Shown piece by piece: positions 1 to 10,350 of a stretch of 64,000 nt of DNA; positions within the stretch are counted from its first letter, which is position 1, and the number at the start of each line of letters is the position of its first letter. The DNA comes from Deltaproteobacteria bacterium (GTDB lineage Bacteria; Myxococcota_A; UBA9160; UBA4427), in the NCBI GenBank assembly GCA_002691205.1, contig NZHD01000051.1, positions 2,901 through 66,900 on the forward strand, in the 5' to 3' direction. Position numbers and translations under genes: made by a program. The notes beneath the pieces were generated by a model. That model had not been told where the DNA came from and searched no databases. It saw only the letters and a program-made list of their open reading frames with translations.

Positions 1-1741
1 AGCCCGACTCCTGCGCATGAAGTTGCAAGTCGGTCCTTGCAAAATAAATCTGCCGAAGCATATCACTCGCAGCCCGATAGGTTCGCGCGGCCTTGAGCTT
101 TCGAAAAAGCTCATCCGGCACAGATTCTCCAGTCTTGAAGTGAGACGAAATGGAGTCCAGAGTCTCTTTTTGATAGCACCAATTTTCCATAAACTGACTT
201 GGAAGCTCTACTGCATCCCACTCAATGTTGCGGATCCCCGCCGCCAGAGACTCATCGACTTCTGTCAGCATATGCTGCAACCCATGTCCAAACTCATGAA
301 AAAGAGTTTGCACTTCGTCGAAGAGCAGCAAACTTGGGGCTTCTCCCACCGGAGGCGATTGATTGCAAACGAGATAGGCCACCGGCAGGCGAACGTCCTC
401 TTCACCCACGGCCAAACGCCGACTCCGGCCAACGCACTCATCCATCCACGCCCCACCCCTTTTCTGGCCAGGCCGAGAGTAAGGATCAAGATAAAAAGCA
501 GCGACATCGCGCCCGGAAGAGTCAAAGATTCGAAAAAAACGAACATCCTCATGCCAGACCGGGGCTTCTCCATCTCGCGCCTCAATCTTGACCTTAAAGA
601 GACGCTCAGCCAATTCAAAGAGCCCCTTTAAGACCTGAGGCAGCGGGAAGTAGCCGCGCAAATCTTCTTCACTGTAGGCGAAAGACTTTTCTCTCAGCCG
701 CTCTGCCCAGAAAGCAACATCCCAAAGTGCGAGACCATCCTGAAACTCTGCGTCCTGCTCGGATGCAAACGTTCGCAACTCCTCTAACTCGGAGATGGCT
801 CCTTCAAATGCAGGCTCCCTCAGCTCCTCTAATAAATTCAACACCTCTCCGACACCCGGCGCCATCTTGGTCGACAAACTGAGCTCCGCATAGGAGTCGT
901 ACCCCAGCAACTGGGCCTGTTCTTGTCTCAATCGAAGGATCTGCGCAATCGCATCCGTATTGTCAAACTCACCCGATCCGGCCCTTCCTATGTAGGCCCG
1001 GTAAACGTTCTCCCGAAGGTCACGACGACGAGAATGTTGCATGAAAGGCATCACGCAAGTCGGGTCCAAGCCGAGCTTCCAAGGGCCGCCTTCCGCACTG
1101 GCTTCGGGCTCTCCGCTCTCTCGTGCAGACTGAGCGGTGAGTTCGAGCAAGCTCTGAGGCAACCCCTCAACCTCCGCCGCCTCGCGAAGCCAAATCCCGC
1201 CCGCTTCAGTGGCATCCAGCACCCGATTACTAAACTCTGTGGAGAGCTGAGCCAAGGACTGCGCGATTTCGTTAAAACGAGCCCGCTGGGCATCAGGAAG
1301 CCCCACACCGGAATGCTCCGCATCCCGTAACAAGCTCGTGAGAATACGCTTTTGAGCCCGCGACAAACGCTCCCCCTCCGCGCTCTGTGAAAGCGTGCTT
1401 AATGCGTCATAAATGACGCGGCTCTGCCCCTGCCTAAGAGAAAAACTCACGACCCTCGGCTGAGCCTCCTCATAGGCTCTACGCAGGGCCTCCTCGTTAC
1501 GTACCCCCATGAGGTGTCCCACAACGCCCCAGCAGCGGCCAAGGCGATCTCCCATGGACTCCAAGGGCACCACAGTACTTTCCCAGGTCGGCTCTATCTC
1601 GTCTTCAAGAGAAACAAGCTCATTCTCAAGTTCGGCCAGAAGTGATGCAATGGCGGCCTCCACGTCACCGGCGTCGATTTCATTAAATGGGGGAAGCCCC
1701 TCCATAAAGAGAAGAGGGTTTCGATTCTCACGTTCGGACAT
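1..1741 (-). CDS. prlC: Oligopeptidase A / M3A family zinc metallopeptidase, partial (C-terminus lies beyond position 1)
   Basis: Absent from the ORF track because it runs off the left edge. My translation of the minus strand reads MSERENRNPLLFMEGLPPFNEI ... LFHEFGHGLQHML (HEXXH codons at 284-298) ... IEWDAVELPSQFMENWCYQ, the M3 oligopeptidase A signature. Start is ATG at 1741, with an in-frame alternative ATG at 1768. The plus-strand ORFs at 17-1847 are antisense shadows. Confidence 0.85.
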   Translation of the reverse strand, partial: MSERENRNPLLFMEGLPPFNEIDAGDVEAAIASLLAELENELVSLEDEIEPTWESTVVPLESMGDRLGRCWGVVGHLMGVRNEEALRRAYEEAQPRVVSFSLRQGQSRVIYDALSTLSQSAEGERLSRAQKRILTSLLRDAEHSGVGLPDAQRARFNEIAQSLAQLSTEFSNRVLDATEAGGIWLREAAEVEGLPQSLLELTAQSARESGEPEASAEGGPWKLGLDPTCVMPFMQHSRRRDLRENVYRAYIGRAGSGEFDNTDAIAQILRLRQEQAQLLGYDSYAELSLSTKMAPGVGEVLNLLEELREPAFEGAISELEELRTFASEQDAEFQDGLALWDVAFWAERLREKSFAYSEEDLRGYFPLPQVLKGLFELAERLFKVKIEARDGEAPVWHEDVRFFRIFDSSGRDVAAFYLDPYSRPGQKRGGAWMDECVGRSRRLAVGEEDVRLPVAYLVCNQSPPVGEAPSLLLFDEVQTLFHEFGHGLQHMLTEVDESLAAGIRNIEWDAVELPSQFMENWCYQKETLDSISSHFKTGESVPDELFRKLKAARTYRAASDMLRQIYFARTDLQLHAQESG

Positions 1742-1891
1742 TGCGCTCTCAACCTCCACTGTTTTCATGGCTCCGAAGAGCCCGTGCATCTCATGCAGTG
1801 CTCCTGCCCTAGACCCACTTATTGATGACCAAAACTTCAAATTCTGACCGAACTGATCTCGCCCAAGCTTAGCCCAAAACCTTTTTTACTC

Positions 1892-4072
1892 TTAAAAGCG
1901 AAAGGTCCATCGCAACTTAATCAAAGGCAGGCTGCGATTGAGATACACCTGGTTGTTTCGATACTGAAGCTCCTGTTTAACGACTAAAAAAAGCTCTCTC
2001 CCGGGCACAATAATCCATCGAAAGCGACTATCGATGCCGATCTCTCCTGTCTCGTGCTCATACTGAAAAAGTGTATTCCAGGAGATATCGACGTTGAACA
2101 TAATATCCAACCGAGCCACCGCCACATGCCTCTCAAAGTCACCCTGCTCAAGTTCAACAAAAGACCCGGAATACCCCAACGAGATCGCAAGATGCTCTGA
2201 AGGCCTGAAGACTAAACTTGGATCCACCTGAACCAATCGGCCGGAATAAAAAGAGCCTGCTTCGCCCAAAAAAGAGATCGCTAGAACCCGTGCGTTGCTG
2301 CCCTTATAGTCCCAAAAAAAACGATGATCTGTGTATTGACCCACCGGAACAATCACACCAGGATAGATTTCAAAATCTTCCCTAGGCTGTTCAAAGTCGT
2401 ACAAGTACCCCATCCACAATCGGTCCCCCATGGCTGTCTTGAAATCAAAGGGAGTGAGGTAGGCCTGAGCGGTTCTGGGTACATTCTCCCGGTCTGTCAC
2501 GACGTCTGCATAGACGGAGAAATCGATGGTCCTCATCCACTCCGGGCGAAGTCGATAACGGAACACGCCATTGTACGAGCGAATGTCGGGGCGGTTCACG
2601 AACCCTAGGCTGGGCGAAAAGTCTTCCGACAATTCCTTATATTCCAGTGACCAAAGAATGCGGTCATTGGGATAGGACAACTGCCCTCCCCAGCCAGACT
2701 GGAGCCCATTTTCCCCCGAAGTAAAACTTCTTTGGAACCATGCTCGCGCCTCAACGACCTTATCGCCTTGCCAATCGCTGTTCCGATAAAGTGCATCGAT
2801 TCCGATCAGGCCATTCTCTTCATCGGAATCGGGATTGCCATGCGTTGCGATAAATCCCACCGAGGACTCTTCGCCGACATTAATCATGACGCGTTCAACG
2901 CCTAAGCTTTTCTGCCCAACCCCCTGCCCCGCGCCCGTCCAAGTTTCCAAAAAACCAAAATTCACCCGACCTTGACGGCCCGTCACTTTCCCACCGAACA
3001 GAAGGGGCACCTCCTCCCCATCCACAAGTCCGATCCGGCGGGAGAAAAACGGTCGGCCATTAAAGCCCAATCCGCCAAAATCGAAAATCGTCGCATCCTG
3101 AAGAAAAAATGCCCTCTTCTCTGGGAAAAAGAGTGCAAACCGAGTCAAGTTCACACGGAAGAGATCGACTTCAGTATCTGCAAAATCCGTGTTCGCCGTC
3201 AAAGATGCCGTCAGCCAAGGACTGGGACTATAGAAAATATCGCCACCGGGCTTCGCCTTGAATTCATGAACATCATTCACTTCATCGTCAATACGCTGAA
3301 CACTCAGGGCCGGGACGATATCCAGGCCCAAACCCTGATTCGCACCTAGCATGCCCGACAATTCGCCGGCATTCGCCATATTTCCAAACGAGCGATTGAT
3401 GTCGATGTCTGTCCATCGATTTCTTTCGTTTGTCCGGCGAATGACCCGGTAAATATTGAAACCCCAAATATCACTTTCAGGGTCAAACGAAATAGACTCA
3501 AAGGGGATTTCAATCTCTGCCACCCACCCGAGTTCATCGATTCGTCCACGCGCTCGCCAGATTGTGTCCCAGTCGGATTTAAAACTCTTGTACGATACTA
3601 AAGCGTCAAAACGAGACCCATTCGGGTTCACGCCAAAGAAGTAACTCGATCGATGATCTCTAAACGTATCCAGAAAGAAACCCACACGATCATCCCCGCG
3701 AAGGCTGCCGTCCTCTTTCATCACTCGAGCGATAATTTCATCGGGGTGAGTGTCGAAACAACGAATTCCAACATAAAGAGCCCCCTGGGTACGCACGATT
3801 CGAATCTCGGTTGCTTGGCTGGGAGTCGCGCCCGTCACCGGAACGACTTGAGTGAGCGGTTTTAGGGGCTCTATGGATTGCCAGACGGGATCATCTAAAC
3901 GTCCGTCTAGCGTTGGCGGATCCACAACCAAAGTGGCCCTAGCCTTGGCCACGGTCACATCAGGACTGACTGCCCATGCCGACGTTGAAAGAAAACTGAA
4001 ACAAATCACAAACGCGGACGCGAGGAGGCGCGTTGAATTTTTTGGCTTCACTCCAGCCCTAAAGTCGCACAT
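1892..4072 (-). CDS. Secreted CBM9-like / DUF5916-type protein (carbohydrate-binding family 9-like N-domain plus large beta-rich C-domain)
   Basis: Signal peptide (LLASAFVICFSFLSTSAWA). The N-terminal pattern LDGRLDDPVWQSIEPL ... ALYVGIRCFD ... DDRVGFFLDTF is typical of CBM9-like/DUF5916 proteins. C-terminus ends in an aromatic residue (RWTFRF). Family assignment is from memory of the motif. Confidence 0.55.
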   Translation of the reverse strand: MCDFRAGVKPKNSTRLLASAFVICFSFLSTSAWAVSPDVTVAKARATLVVDPPTLDGRLDDPVWQSIEPLKPLTQVVPVTGATPSQATEIRIVRTQGALYVGIRCFDTHPDEIIARVMKEDGSLRGDDRVGFFLDTFRDHRSSYFFGVNPNGSRFDALVSYKSFKSDWDTIWRARGRIDELGWVAEIEIPFESISFDPESDIWGFNIYRVIRRTNERNRWTDIDINRSFGNMANAGELSGMLGANQGLGLDIVPALSVQRIDDEVNDVHEFKAKPGGDIFYSPSPWLTASLTANTDFADTEVDLFRVNLTRFALFFPEKRAFFLQDATIFDFGGLGFNGRPFFSRRIGLVDGEEVPLLFGGKVTGRQGRVNFGFLETWTGAGQGVGQKSLGVERVMINVGEESSVGFIATHGNPDSDEENGLIGIDALYRNSDWQGDKVVEARAWFQRSFTSGENGLQSGWGGQLSYPNDRILWSLEYKELSEDFSPSLGFVNRPDIRSYNGVFRYRLRPEWMRTIDFSVYADVVTDRENVPRTAQAYLTPFDFKTAMGDRLWMGYLYDFEQPREDFEIYPGVIVPVGQYTDHRFFWDYKGSNARVLAISFLGEAGSFYSGRLVQVDPSLVFRPSEHLAISLGYSGSFVELEQGDFERHVAVARLDIMFNVDISWNTLFQYEHETGEIGIDSRFRWIIVPGRELFLVVKQELQYRNNQVYLNRSLPLIKLRWTFRF

Positions 4073-4078
4073 CCCTCG

Positions 4079-5533
4079 TTACGCTTTCACCGGCACAGGC
4101 AATGAAGGTTTCCAGTAAGACCCGATCACAACGACGACGCAGTTAAGCACCAGGCCCGCGACGCCCGCATGAACCCCAAAAACTTGAGAAAACCCCAGAT
4201 ACGTTAAACCCACCGACAGAATGGTTCCAACCACGAGCCCCATCAAGGTGGCCGTCGCGGTCTGCTTACCCCAGTGCAGAGCTAGAAGAAAAGCGGGCAC
4301 GCACTGGATCAAAATTTCCATCTTAAGTTCAATCAGTCGCCAAAGCGTAACATCTCGATGAAGCGCAAGTGGGATCATGGCCACGAGAACGAGACCCGCG
4401 AGCCATTTTCCCTGTTGAGCCTGCTTTGCTCCATCTCCGGTCCGACCAAAAACGTCTCTCGCCAGCAAAGACCCCAACGAGAGAAGGCATGAGTCTGCCG
4501 TGGACATAATGGCTGACAAAGCACCAATAAAGACCACAACGGCTCCGACTCGCGAAATGGGCCCCTCCTGGGCCCATTCATTCAGGAGCAACGGCATGAC
4601 CCCATCCGCGTCAATTCCCGTCCCTACCTCTAACCGAGTGATCGCTGCAATCCCGATCAGGGTTACGACAAACGTGGTCAACAACGGCATGTAGGTCATC
4701 AGCGCAAACGACTGTGAGAGAGCTCGACCTGTGCGTGCGGCGTAAATTCGTTGAATCGCTTGAGGGTAAACCACACTTCCTAGCCCGAGAAGTGCAATGG
4801 TACTGAACCAATTTACAGAGGTTTTCAAGTCGGGAACGGCCACGGCTTCAGGCCGAATTTTAGAGACTTCGAGGGTGATCTGTGTCATGCCCCCCGAGCC
4901 GACCAAAAGCCACACCAGTAAGGTCAACAAGCCCACAGCCATGAGAATCCCCTGAGCCGCGTCGGTCCAAGCCACCGCACGCATGCCTCCTCGGGTCTCA
5001 TAGAATAAAATTAAACCCGCCAAACCAATGACACCCCAGGAGTACGGAACCAAATCCCCCGTAACTAAACTCGCCACATAACCCATGGCCTTCAGCTGAG
5101 CCAGTAAAAAGTTAGCGAGAGCGAAGACCATCAACATCGCCACGGAAAAACCAAGAATTCTTCCCGAGCGACTGCCTCCAAACCGATCCCTCAAAAAGTC
5201 ACCCGGAGTTACGTAGCCCCGCTGGATGGCTGCGGGCCTTAGACGGGGCACCAGGGCGTGAAAGGTCACAATGATGGCCATCATAAAGCCCGTCGCCATG
5301 ACAAAACTAAAGCCCGTCCGATAGGCTCTCCCGGGATATCCCAGCAAAGAATTCCCCGAATACGCTGTGGCATACAACGTTAAAAAAAGCACGAAGACGC
5401 CTAACTCTCTTCCGCCCAAGAAGTGATCGCTAGGCGTCAGTTCCCGCCTCGCACGATTCGCCACCTCAGCCACGCCCAAAAGGACCGTCAGATATACGGC
5501 CAAGGCGAGCACACCCACTTCGGAAAAGCTCAA
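4079..5533 (-). CDS. Sodium:solute symporter family (SSF) transporter
   Basis: About 13 predicted TM segments. The N-terminal DHFLGGRELG and the following GNSLLGYPG resemble SSF (PutP/PanF-like) proteins. Its 4-nt overlap with an upstream small DUF3311-like gene is a typical SSF pairing. Confidence 0.8.
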   Translation of the reverse strand: MSFSEVGVLALAVYLTVLLGVAEVANRARRELTPSDHFLGGRELGVFVLFLTLYATAYSGNSLLGYPGRAYRTGFSFVMATGFMMAIIVTFHALVPRLRPAAIQRGYVTPGDFLRDRFGGSRSGRILGFSVAMLMVFALANFLLAQLKAMGYVASLVTGDLVPYSWGVIGLAGLILFYETRGGMRAVAWTDAAQGILMAVGLLTLLVWLLVGSGGMTQITLEVSKIRPEAVAVPDLKTSVNWFSTIALLGLGSVVYPQAIQRIYAARTGRALSQSFALMTYMPLLTTFVVTLIGIAAITRLEVGTGIDADGVMPLLLNEWAQEGPISRVGAVVVFIGALSAIMSTADSCLLSLGSLLARDVFGRTGDGAKQAQQGKWLAGLVLVAMIPLALHRDVTLWRLIELKMEILIQCVPAFLLALHWGKQTATATLMGLVVGTILSVGLTYLGFSQVFGVHAGVAGLVLNCVVVVIGSYWKPSLPVPVKA

Positions 5534-5805
5534 GACCCCTTCTCCTCAGCCTGATCATTCGACTTTGGCAAAAAATTCAATTCAGCGTGGTCATCAACTT
5601 CCGTCCACAACCAAGCCCAAGAATTAAGACAAGCCGCCACCGCATAGCAGCCGATCGCCACGGCTACCCAGTCCGGCAAACCTAAGAAAAGCTGAAATTC
5701 ACCGCCCTGTCGGTACCAAGGCACCGATGCCACAAAAAGAAAACCAATCATTCCAAGCAGAATGCGTCGTCCGGTTTTCCGACTCTTCATTCTCATCTGT
5801 GTCAT
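5530..5805 (-). CDS. Small two-TM membrane protein, DUF3311-like SSF accessory subunit
   Basis: 91 aa with two hydrophobic helices and a PWYRQG motif. Stop overlaps the SSF start (5530-5533). This arrangement is common for DUF3311 proteins. Confidence 0.5.
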   Translation of the reverse strand: MTQMRMKSRKTGRRILLGMIGFLFVASVPWYRQGGEFQLFLGLPDWVAVAIGCYAVAACLNSWAWLWTEVDDHAELNFLPKSNDQAEEKGS

Positions 5806-5886
5806 CTCCTAAACCTCAAACCTCTTATCGACCACGACGGAAGCCATTTAACCTTTGCGGTGTAGCATTCCGGTCTCAAAGCAAGC

Positions 5887-6600
5887 TCACCCTACGGCCT
5901 CAATGCAGCGAATGTCATTATGGCGAACATTATTTACATGCGTACTCACCTGTAATGATTCCAGAAGGCCAACCGGCGCAGGGGCGAGCAATCTTGCCAA
6001 GCCCTCTCCCTCCTCAAGTTCAGGGTCAAGCCACGTACGCCATTCCTTTGGCTCAATCAAAACAGGCATTCGGTGATGGACCAGCCGGACCGTCTCATTG
6101 GCAGCCGTCGTCAGCAAAGCGCAGGATTCAACGACCTCCCCTGTCCGAGAATCAACCCAACTTTCCCAAATTCCAGCCACAGCCATCATCTCAGCCTGTG
6201 CGGAGCGAAAGTAATACGGTTGTGATGGACGCCGACGGTTCGAATTGGCTTCCGGTTCATCCTCTGAAAAACGCTTCCACTCGTAAAACCCATCTAGAGG
6301 GATGAGACACCGACGTTTCTTGAATGCCTCTTTAAAAGACGGTTTAACCGAAGCCGTCTCTGATCGCGCATTGATCAGCAAGCGAAAACCTTCCCGCGAC
6401 TTAACCCAAGACGGAATAAGGCCCCAGTGCAAAGGGGCATACCGGCGTACGCCTTCAGATTCCAAACGAATCGCGGCCACAGGCTGACTCGGCGCAATGT
6501 TGTAACGATTCCGGACCTCAGATTCTTCAAAATCAGCCGGCACATCGAAAACCTCTGCAACCTCGGCCACAGACCTTGTCAAAACCATGCGACCACACAC
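5887..6600 (-). CDS. yedK: SOS response-associated peptidase (SRAP/YedK family), abasic-site DNA-protein crosslink protein
   Basis: N-terminal MCGR (catalytic Cys2), then RYNIAPSQ, HWGLIPSW, INARSET and DGFYEW motifs, all hallmarks of SRAP. Confidence 0.85.
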   Translation of the reverse strand: MCGRMVLTRSVAEVAEVFDVPADFEESEVRNRYNIAPSQPVAAIRLESEGVRRYAPLHWGLIPSWVKSREGFRLLINARSETASVKPSFKEAFKKRRCLIPLDGFYEWKRFSEDEPEANSNRRRPSQPYYFRSAQAEMMAVAGIWESWVDSRTGEVVESCALLTTAANETVRLVHHRMPVLIEPKEWRTWLDPELEEGEGLARLLAPAPVGLLESLQVSTHVNNVRHNDIRCIEAVG

Positions 6601-6792
6601 CTTGAACTCCGCTGCTACTATGTTGAATGAGGCCCCTCAAACGCGCCGCAACAACATCGACCCTCTGCTTAGAGAACATCTGAGCCGACCACACATTTTC
6701 AGGAGACTCGCTGCCTTTTGGACTCATCAAACAATAGCGCGCCCGATCAAGCTTCATCGACGCATGGACATGCTTTAGAAGAAGCCGAGGAA

Positions 6793-7794
6793 ATGGAATT
6801 GCCCTCACTTTTGGTCCGAAGTGCGGCCGGCGGCATCCTCATGGGGCTTGCAAACCTTGTCCCGGGTATTAGCGGGGGCACAATGCTTCTTGCGGCCGGG
6901 GTCTACCCCACATTTATCGCCTCGATCGCGAAAGTGACCACGCTCAAAATCGAGGTTCGCTCCCTTCTCACCTTGGGGACCATCGCCGTCTGCGCACTCC
7001 TTGCAATCTTGCTGCTCGCGGGCACAATGCGAGACCTCGTGATCCACCAAAGATGGATCATGTACAGCCTTTTCATTGGACTCACACTCGGGGGACTTCC
7101 GCTCGTCTGGCGACTCGCCCGCCCCGCCCAACCGGCCCTGCTGGTGGGTGCAGGACTCTCCTTTCTCGGCATGGTCTGGATGAGTTTCGGAGCCATCAGC
7201 CCCGGCAGCGATGAAGCCCAATTTGGATTACTCCTCCTTTCTGGACTCGCTGGCGCCTCCGCCATGATTCTGCCCGGGATCAGCGGCGGATATCTCCTCC
7301 TTCTGCTCGGTCAGTACGAGCCCATCCTGGGCGGTATCGATCACTTGAAGCAAGGCATCCTCGGCGGGGAAGGTTCCCCAGCAATGAATGCCGAACTGAT
7401 CATGGCCTCCATGACCGTCATCATCCCCGTAGGAATTGGTGTACTCATTGGCATCGTCGGAGTCAGCAATCTCCTCCGATGGCTTCTGGATCGTTTTGAA
7501 AAGCTCACTCTCGGCCTGCTGCTCGGACTTTTGCTCGGGTCCGTAGTTGGCCTGTATCCTTTCCAAGCCCCCAGTCCACCTGAGCCTGGATTCATCCACA
7601 AAGGGTCCATCATCACCACAGCAGACCAACTCGCGACCATCGAACCGAAGGACTGGCCCTTAACCCGATTTAGCCCCTCTGGTCGCCAAGCGGCCGGCTC
7701 AGTGGCGCTCATCCTGTTGGGTCTCGGGTGTACCCTGGCAGTGGACCGAGTCGGAAGACAGAAACCCACGGCAGTGGCTCAAGGGGATTCCTAA
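6793..7794 (+). CDS. DUF368 family membrane protein (family implicated in undecaprenyl-phosphate translocation, PopT-like)
   Basis: Duplicated PG(I/V)SGG motifs (LVPGISGGTMLL and ILPGISGGYLLLLLGQYE) and a polytopic profile. The longest ORF starts at TTG 6718. I prefer ATG 6793 (MELPSLLVRS...) because the hydrophobic core begins there. Confidence 0.7.
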   Translation: MELPSLLVRSAAGGILMGLANLVPGISGGTMLLAAGVYPTFIASIAKVTTLKIEVRSLLTLGTIAVCALLAILLLAGTMRDLVIHQRWIMYSLFIGLTLGGLPLVWRLARPAQPALLVGAGLSFLGMVWMSFGAISPGSDEAQFGLLLLSGLAGASAMILPGISGGYLLLLLGQYEPILGGIDHLKQGILGGEGSPAMNAELIMASMTVIIPVGIGVLIGIVGVSNLLRWLLDRFEKLTLGLLLGLLLGSVVGLYPFQAPSPPEPGFIHKGSIITTADQLATIEPKDWPLTRFSPSGRQAAGSVALILLGLGCTLAVDRVGRQKPTAVAQGDS

Positions 7795-7816
7795 GAGCCG
7801 CTTGCCCCTCGACCGA

Positions 7817-8671
7817 TTAAAGCCCAGGCCCTGCCGAGTGCCTACGGCTTCGCCCGGGTCTCTTTGCTCGGTCAAGTTGCGACGCGTACCGCTTGAGTTC
7901 CACGATCTCGGGACCGGTCAAAGGACGAGCGGCTCCCGTGCCTAGACGTCCCAGCCGGAGAGGACCCACGCGAATACGCTTTAACTTTCGGACCGGGTGC
8001 CCCAGTTGCAACAGAGTTCTACGAATCTGGCGCTTACGCCCCTCCGTCAAAGTCAGATTCAGCGTTGTGGTTTCTGAGTCCGGGTCATAACGCACAGAGC
8101 TCACCCCAACGGGGGCTGAAGGTCCATCATCCAGGCGAACCCCTCGACGCAACCTCTCAAGCACTTTCGACTCGATGTTGCCCTTTGCAATCACTCGATA
8201 CTCTTTCTCACTGACGTGAGAAGGATGAAGAAGCCTCTGGGTCAGATCTCCATCATTCGTCATCAAGAGCAACCCCGAGCTATCCCGGTCCAGTCTTCCT
8301 ACGGGGTGCACTCTCCCCACGCCATCCGGCAAAAGCTGCATCACTGTCGCTCTTCCGTGGGGGTCACGAACCGTCGTCACCAAGCCCACAGGCTTGTTGA
8401 TCGCCCAATATTGGGGTCGTTCGGGACGAATCCGCTCTCCATCAAAGGCAATGTCATCGGTCAGCGGATCGGCCTTGTCACCCAAACCGGCGGTTCGGCC
8501 GTTGATCGTGACACGCCCTTCGCGAATCAGCTCTTCAGCCCCCCTACGGGACGCAAACCCCGCAGCCGCCAAAATCTTCTGGACTCGAATCAGGCCGACA
8601 TCGCCAGACTTTGGAGCTCTCACCTTCGATGACTCGGGAGTTCTTCTTTTTTTAGACGGGTCTGATGTCAT
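7817..8671 (-). CDS. rluB: Pseudouridine synthase, RsuA/RluB family
   Basis: S4 domain (IRVQKILAAAGFASRRGAEELIREGRVTING) followed by the catalytic motif VGRLDRDSSGLLLMTNDG, with basic N- and C-terminal tails. Confidence 0.8.
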   Translation of the reverse strand: MTSDPSKKRRTPESSKVRAPKSGDVGLIRVQKILAAAGFASRRGAEELIREGRVTINGRTAGLGDKADPLTDDIAFDGERIRPERPQYWAINKPVGLVTTVRDPHGRATVMQLLPDGVGRVHPVGRLDRDSSGLLLMTNDGDLTQRLLHPSHVSEKEYRVIAKGNIESKVLERLRRGVRLDDGPSAPVGVSSVRYDPDSETTTLNLTLTEGRKRQIRRTLLQLGHPVRKLKRIRVGPLRLGRLGTGAARPLTGPEIVELKRYASQLDRAKRPGRSRRHSAGPGL

Positions 8672-8676
8672 AGCGG

Positions 8677-9396
8677 CTAAGAAGGGGTCTCAGGCTCAGA
8701 GGGCGCCAACGTTTCCGATTCCAAGCTTTCGATTGCCTGTTCCGTATTTTCGGCCACGACGTTGGCCACCGAGCTGAATTCGGACTCAGCGACTTCGACA
8801 GACGCTTCTTCACCAGCGCCGGATTGATCGACTTCGGTTCCTCCCTCGCCCGGCAAGACAATCCCTTGCTCGCGAGCTAATTCCTCAAGCTCGCGCAAGG
8901 CAGGCAGATCTTTAATAGACTCAAGCCCGAAGACCTCGAGAAAACGACGACTCGTCGCATAGATTAACGGCCTTCCCGGCACATCTCGATGGCCTGCAAT
9001 TCTCAGCAACCGACGATCCAACAACCCGCGAACCACAGCCCCCGTGTCTACGCCGCGCACCTCATCAAGTTCAGCTCGCGTCAATGGCTGCTTATACGCG
9101 ATGATCGAAAGGGCCTCAAGGGCAGCCTGAGAGAGGCGAAGAGGACGTTCTTTCCTTAACTGCTGCAAATAGCCTGAGAACTCAGCCAAGGTCCGAAGCT
9201 GAAACCCGCCGGCCACTTCCCAAACCTCAAAAGCGCGACCAGACTCCTGGTACTCCGTATTTAGCTCATTGACGAGATCCTTCGCGCTGGCCGCAGTCAA
9301 CTGCGGCACGATCTTGGCCAATCGATCCGCCGAAACCGGCTCCGGAGACGCCATGATAAGGGCCTCAATCACTCTTCTCTGTTCATTCGTGTCCAT
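8677..9396 (-). CDS. scpB: Segregation and condensation protein B
   Basis: VIEALIMASPEPVSADRLAKIV ... AALEALSIIAYKQPLTRAELDEVRGV is the ScpB winged-helix pattern. It sits immediately downstream of scpA. Confidence 0.85.
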   Translation of the reverse strand: MDTNEQRRVIEALIMASPEPVSADRLAKIVPQLTAASAKDLVNELNTEYQESGRAFEVWEVAGGFQLRTLAEFSGYLQQLRKERPLRLSQAALEALSIIAYKQPLTRAELDEVRGVDTGAVVRGLLDRRLLRIAGHRDVPGRPLIYATSRRFLEVFGLESIKDLPALRELEELAREQGIVLPGEGGTEVDQSGAGEEASVEVAESEFSSVANVVAENTEQAIESLESETLAPSEPETPS

Positions 9397-9405
9397 ATCT
9401 GAGCC

Positions 9406-10293
9406 TCACATTGTATCCGTAATGCGCATCTGCCAATCAGGTGTATCGCCTCCACCTGGCCTTAGTCTCAACCGAATCGGACCCTCTGGTGCACCGTCCT
9501 CATTCAACCCTTGAAACAGGTGGAGCGCCTCAAGCCGGGTCAACTCAAGCATAGCCAAGAAGGTCGCTACCAGAATCGACCGATGAGGAGGACCGCCCTC
9601 TTCCAAGCGAAAGATCTCCGTGAATTCAAGGCTCTCTCGCCCGTCCATCAACCGCATCACGAACACCATTCTATCTCGAACAGTAACCGGTTCCGAGTCT
9701 ACCTGATGAACCAGGTCAGCCGTGTGCAGTTCTTCCAAAACCGATCGAAAGGCTTCAATTAAATCGAATAAACCCACCTCAATTTCGCGCTCCGATTCGT
9801 CCTTCTGGGCGACACCCGGTGCTGAGACTCGGTAGATGTCTCGATCGAGCCACCGCCTCTCGGAAAGGGTCTGGGCCGCTTCTTTAAACCGCTGGTACTC
9901 AAGCAGTCTTGCGACCAGTTCCGCTCTGGGATCCAGAGCTTCGCCCTCTCCCTCGGCTTCTTCATTGGGAAGCAACATGCGAGACTTAATCAGAGCCAAA
10001 GTGGCTGCCATGACCAAGTACTCAGCGGCGACATCAATATTCAAGTCTTGCATCAAGTCGATGTAATCCAGATATTGCTCACCGATCAGAGAAATCGGAA
10101 TATCCTTCACATCCACTTCGTTCTGCCGAATTAAATGCAAGAGGAGATCTAAAGGCCCCTCAAAAATAGGCAGCTTGACAGCGTAGGCCCCTTCGAGGTC
10201 CTCGCTGAAGGCACTTCTATCCCTGCTTGAATCTGTGACCGGATCAACTTGGCTCATCGGAACTGTATCCTTAGGGGGAGCCGGGTCATACAC
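9406..10293 (-). CDS. scpA: Segregation and condensation protein A (kleisin)
   Basis: FEGPLDLLLHLIRQNEVDVKDIPISLIGEQYLDYI is the canonical ScpA N-terminus. Confidence 0.85.
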   Translation of the reverse strand: MYDPAPPKDTVPMSQVDPVTDSSRDRSAFSEDLEGAYAVKLPIFEGPLDLLLHLIRQNEVDVKDIPISLIGEQYLDYIDLMQDLNIDVAAEYLVMAATLALIKSRMLLPNEEAEGEGEALDPRAELVARLLEYQRFKEAAQTLSERRWLDRDIYRVSAPGVAQKDESEREIEVGLFDLIEAFRSVLEELHTADLVHQVDSEPVTVRDRMVFVMRLMDGRESLEFTEIFRLEEGGPPHRSILVATFLAMLELTRLEALHLFQGLNEDGAPEGPIRLRLRPGGGDTPDWQMRITDTM

Positions 10294-10350
10294 GGGGAAG
10301 TTTTTGCTGGCCCCCGAAGTATGAGCGATTCTCGGCGTACGGGCAACAAT

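Noticed and set aside
17-1847. Plus-strand ORFs 17-631, 199-591, 923-1330 and 1509-1847 offered by the track at the left edge
   Set aside because: The minus strand over the same span translates into a continuous, motif-rich oligopeptidase A (HEFGH, WDAVELPSQFMENW). The track omitted it only because it lacks an in-window stop. The plus-strand ORFs are shadows.
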